Below, one piece after another: positions 17,313 to 19,769 of a DNA stretch of 19,769 nucleotides; the stretch's first letter is position 1; each line of letters opens with the position of its first letter. The stretch covers positions 1 through 19,769 of the forward strand of contig JAUXAS010000007.1 in the NCBI GenBank assembly GCA_030619825.1. The letters are read 5' to 3'. A program made the position numbers and the translations under genes. Below the pieces are notes generated by a model. It saw nothing but the letters and a program-made list of their open reading frames with translations, was not told where the DNA came from and ran no database searches. This DNA comes from Hadesarchaea archaeon. GTDB lineage: Archaea > Hadarchaeota > Hadarchaeia > Hadarchaeales > Hadarchaeaceae.

Positions 17313-19769
17313 CTAAGTTGCCCTCCTCCCACGCTTTTTCTCCTTGAACACTTCTCGCTTCAGGCGTTCGAGGAAGGGTTTGGGCCCCTCACCCCAAATT
17401 GCCAACCGTCGCTCCCGGAGGACGCGAGGCTTCAGGAGGGGTCTCGCCGCTTCCTTCAGGCGCTTGAGGGAGATGTGCGGTTTCATGGGTCTCGCCGCTC
17501 GCTTGGGACGTTCCCATATGATGCGTTCCACCGGCCTACCCGCCCATTTCAAACCCTCGAGGGTGATGACTGGCTCTAGAGGTCTAGCTACCCGTTTCAA
17601 ACTGTCAAGGGAAACGCAGGGGGCCAATGGTTCGGCAATCTGCCTCATGCGCTCGAGGGGTATCTTCGGCTTCGCTGGCTTCCGCCCGCGCTTCAGGCGC
17701 TTGAGGATTTCGGTGGGCGCCATGGGTCTTGTTACAACTCTCCTAGGTGATACGGGCAGGCGTGTGACGATTGGTACTGGCTTGAGCGGTCCGACAGGCA
17801 AAGCTGGGGCGAGAGTCATCGGGGCTGGTACCAAACGCTCTAGGGATATGGTCGGCTTTATGCGACGAGGTATTCTCAGACGCGCCAAGGTTATGGCCGG
17901 TCGTGTAGGCATCACTCGCTTCAGGATTTTAAGTGACACGAATGGTCTCAGGCGCCACGTCAGAACGTGGTACAGCGCGAGGGCACTTATGCCGACCGAG
18001 AATATCGCCAACAGCGTGTAGAACACCGGCAGCACAGGGGTTGGTGCGGGCATTGTGGGCGAGGGCGGTGGAACGACCACTAGCGGGGCTGGTGCAGGCG
18101 GCGTAACCATCCGCTCCCCGACCACCGCGAACGGCATGAACCCGGACGTGGTCGCCTCGTAGTGGAAGTAAATGGAATCGGCGCCAACGAAGTTCGTAGA
18201 TAACTCACGCCACCCGCCGTTAAGTCTGAGCAGGCGGATCGTGCGATTATCGATGTTGTTCTGGGTTATCCAAGATCCCGGCACCTGGAACTCAATGGTT
18301 GCCCTCCTCACTTCGGCAGCGTCGATGTTGGTCGTGATGTCGAAGTAGGAGTAGACGGGCAAGGTGATCGCCGGTACCCCTGCTGGCTTGACCGCGTGTA
18401 CTACAACATAAACTTCGACACCTGACACATCGTGCTTGGGGGTTATCCTCACCTTGGTTACGGCTATTCCATATTGCGTGAAGTCGGCCAAACCTATCTC
18501 ACCAGCTCTTATCGTCCCTATCGTTACGGTCAGCGCCCCTTCCGGAGGTGGAGGTATAGTCTCGAGGGTGATCGAGTCGCTTGCGATCGTCGAGACCCAT
18601 CCTGCTTTATCCTTAACCTGGACGTAGACAGTTTTGAGGCCGTCACCCGTGGGAAGGGTGTAGGATTTACTCGCGGCGAAGTCCTCCCAGTCAGACCAGT
18701 CAACGTTGTCCGTGCTGAACCGCATCTTAGCCAAGCCAGAGGTCACATCCGATGCATCTGTGCTCAAGGTGACGGAGGTTGAGGAGGTTAAATAATCGTT
18801 ATCGTTGATCACGATTGAAGTGATGGTCGGGGCAACTGTATCGACTCCACATTGCGCATCCGCCTCAGCTGGAGCCGACTCCACGTTGCCGTCGTTGTCC
18901 CGGGCGATCGAGTAGAACTCGTAGTACCCATCGCTGCCGGTGAACGACCAAGACCAGCCGTCAAAGTTCTCATTATCCAGGCCAAATGATGTCCAAGAGC
19001 CCCAACTCACCTTCGAATTCTCGCGATAACGGTAGAAGAGCTCGACATTCTCCACGTAGCCATCTGGGTCGCTCGCGGTTGCCGTCACAACCAATGGAGT
19101 TGAAGTCTGCCAGTAGGGCAAGATCGCGTCGACGCTCGAGCTCGACACTCCAACGGTTTCGACGACGCCAGTCCAGCTTTCAATCAGCTGCCATGCAGCT
19201 GGAGTTTCGACCGTTCCCGTCCAAGTTTCGATGAGCTGCCACGCAGCCGTGGCTTCGACGGTTCCGGTCCAAGTCTCGATGAGCTGCCATACAGCGGGGG
19301 CCTCGATGGTTCCGGTCCACGTTTCGATGAGCTGCTACGCACGTGGGGTTTCGACCGTCCCGGTCCAAGTCTCGATTAGCTGCCATTCGGCAGGTGCGCT
19401 AACCGTTCCGGTCCACGTTTCGATGAGCTGCCACGCAGCAGGAGCTTCAACCGTTCCGGTCCAAGTCTCGATTAGCTGCCAAGCAGCTGGAGCACTAACG
19501 GTTCCGGTCCAAGTCTCGATGAGTTGCCACGCAATTGGAGCGCTAACCGTCCCAGTCCAAGTCTCAATTAGCTGCCATTCGGCAGGAGCCTCAATCGTCC
19601 CGGTCCAAGTCTCAATGAGCTGCCACACAGCGGGGGCCTCAACCGCCCCAGTCCATGTCTCTATCAGCTGCCATCCGGCTGGGGCTTCAACCGTTCCGGT
19701 CCACGTTTCGATCAATTGCCATTCGGCTGGGGCTTCAACGGCGCCGGTCCAAGTCTCAATGAGCTGCCA
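17313..19769 (-). CDS. Large cell-surface protein, 5' end outside window: 16-aa Trp/Thr repeats, beta-rich Ig-like domains, PGF-pre-PGF domain, Pro linker, TM helix, long basic cytoplasmic tail; one in-frame TAG at 19335-19337
   Basis: ORFs 19335..19715 and 17313..19148 share a frame and the gap between them translates as further repeats. DGYYEFYSIARD..GN.E and GDG.KTVYVQVKD.AG motifs. VYSYFDI...ATIEF.V..SWI...W.EL.T......Y.A.TSGF..FAV matches PGF-pre-PGF. Confidence 0.85.
19146..19769 (-). repeat. Coding tandem repeat, 13 x 48 bp (consensus WQLIETWTGTVEAPAA), running to the window edge
   Basis: First-Trp codon positions fall exactly every 48 bp from 19769 to 19193. Variation is mostly at synonymous positions. 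Confidence 0.97.

Noticed and set aside
17344..18021. 225-aa plus-strand ORF
   Set aside because: Antisense shadow of the surface protein's Pro/Arg-rich tail.
19146..19769. Possible CRISPR array (regular repeats, with a cas1 fragment in the same window)
   Set aside because: Units are contiguous 48-bp in-frame repeats without unique spacers and vary mainly at synonymous positions, so this is a protein repeat.

Overview
Archaeal genomic DNA, judged from the e-type ribosomal proteins, archaeal isoprenoid genes and TATA/GGAGGTGA signals. It is most reminiscent of Hadarchaeota-like lineages, but that is inference only. The window has three zones. (1) About 1-3690 is an AT-richer accessory patch: a 13-aa Lys/Arg micro-ORF with a strong SD, a 5'-truncated cas1 remnant, a divergent GT4 glycosyltransferase / GH130 pair, and a 46-bp direct repeat bracketing a Pro-rich micro-ORF. 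(2) 3693-14706 is a conserved minus-strand core block: tRNA-Thr(UGU), queD, tRNA-Pro(UGG), eno, rps2, MEMO1, ipk, fni, RNase J, idsA, gltX, rpl7ae, rps28e, rpl24e, ndk. Mevalonate kinase and rpoK are missing from their usual slots, and tRNA-Thr has an atypical T-loop. (3) 14790-19769 is a co-oriented minus-strand accessory cluster and the best candidate for an undescribed system. It starts with a large cell-surface protein: at least 13 x 16-aa WQLIETWTGTV repeats with one in-frame TAG, a PGF-pre-PGF domain, a TM helix and a long periodic Arg/Pro cytoplasmic tail. Next come an unannotated 41-aa membrane peptide, an unannotated 43-aa CxxC/CxxC Zn-ribbon gene preceded by 7-bp tandem repeats, and a MinD/ParA ATPase. 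A frameshifted 7TM-sensor pseudogene and an intact HisKA_7TM-DUF835 membrane protein end the cluster. All family assignments come from motif recognition, not database searches.
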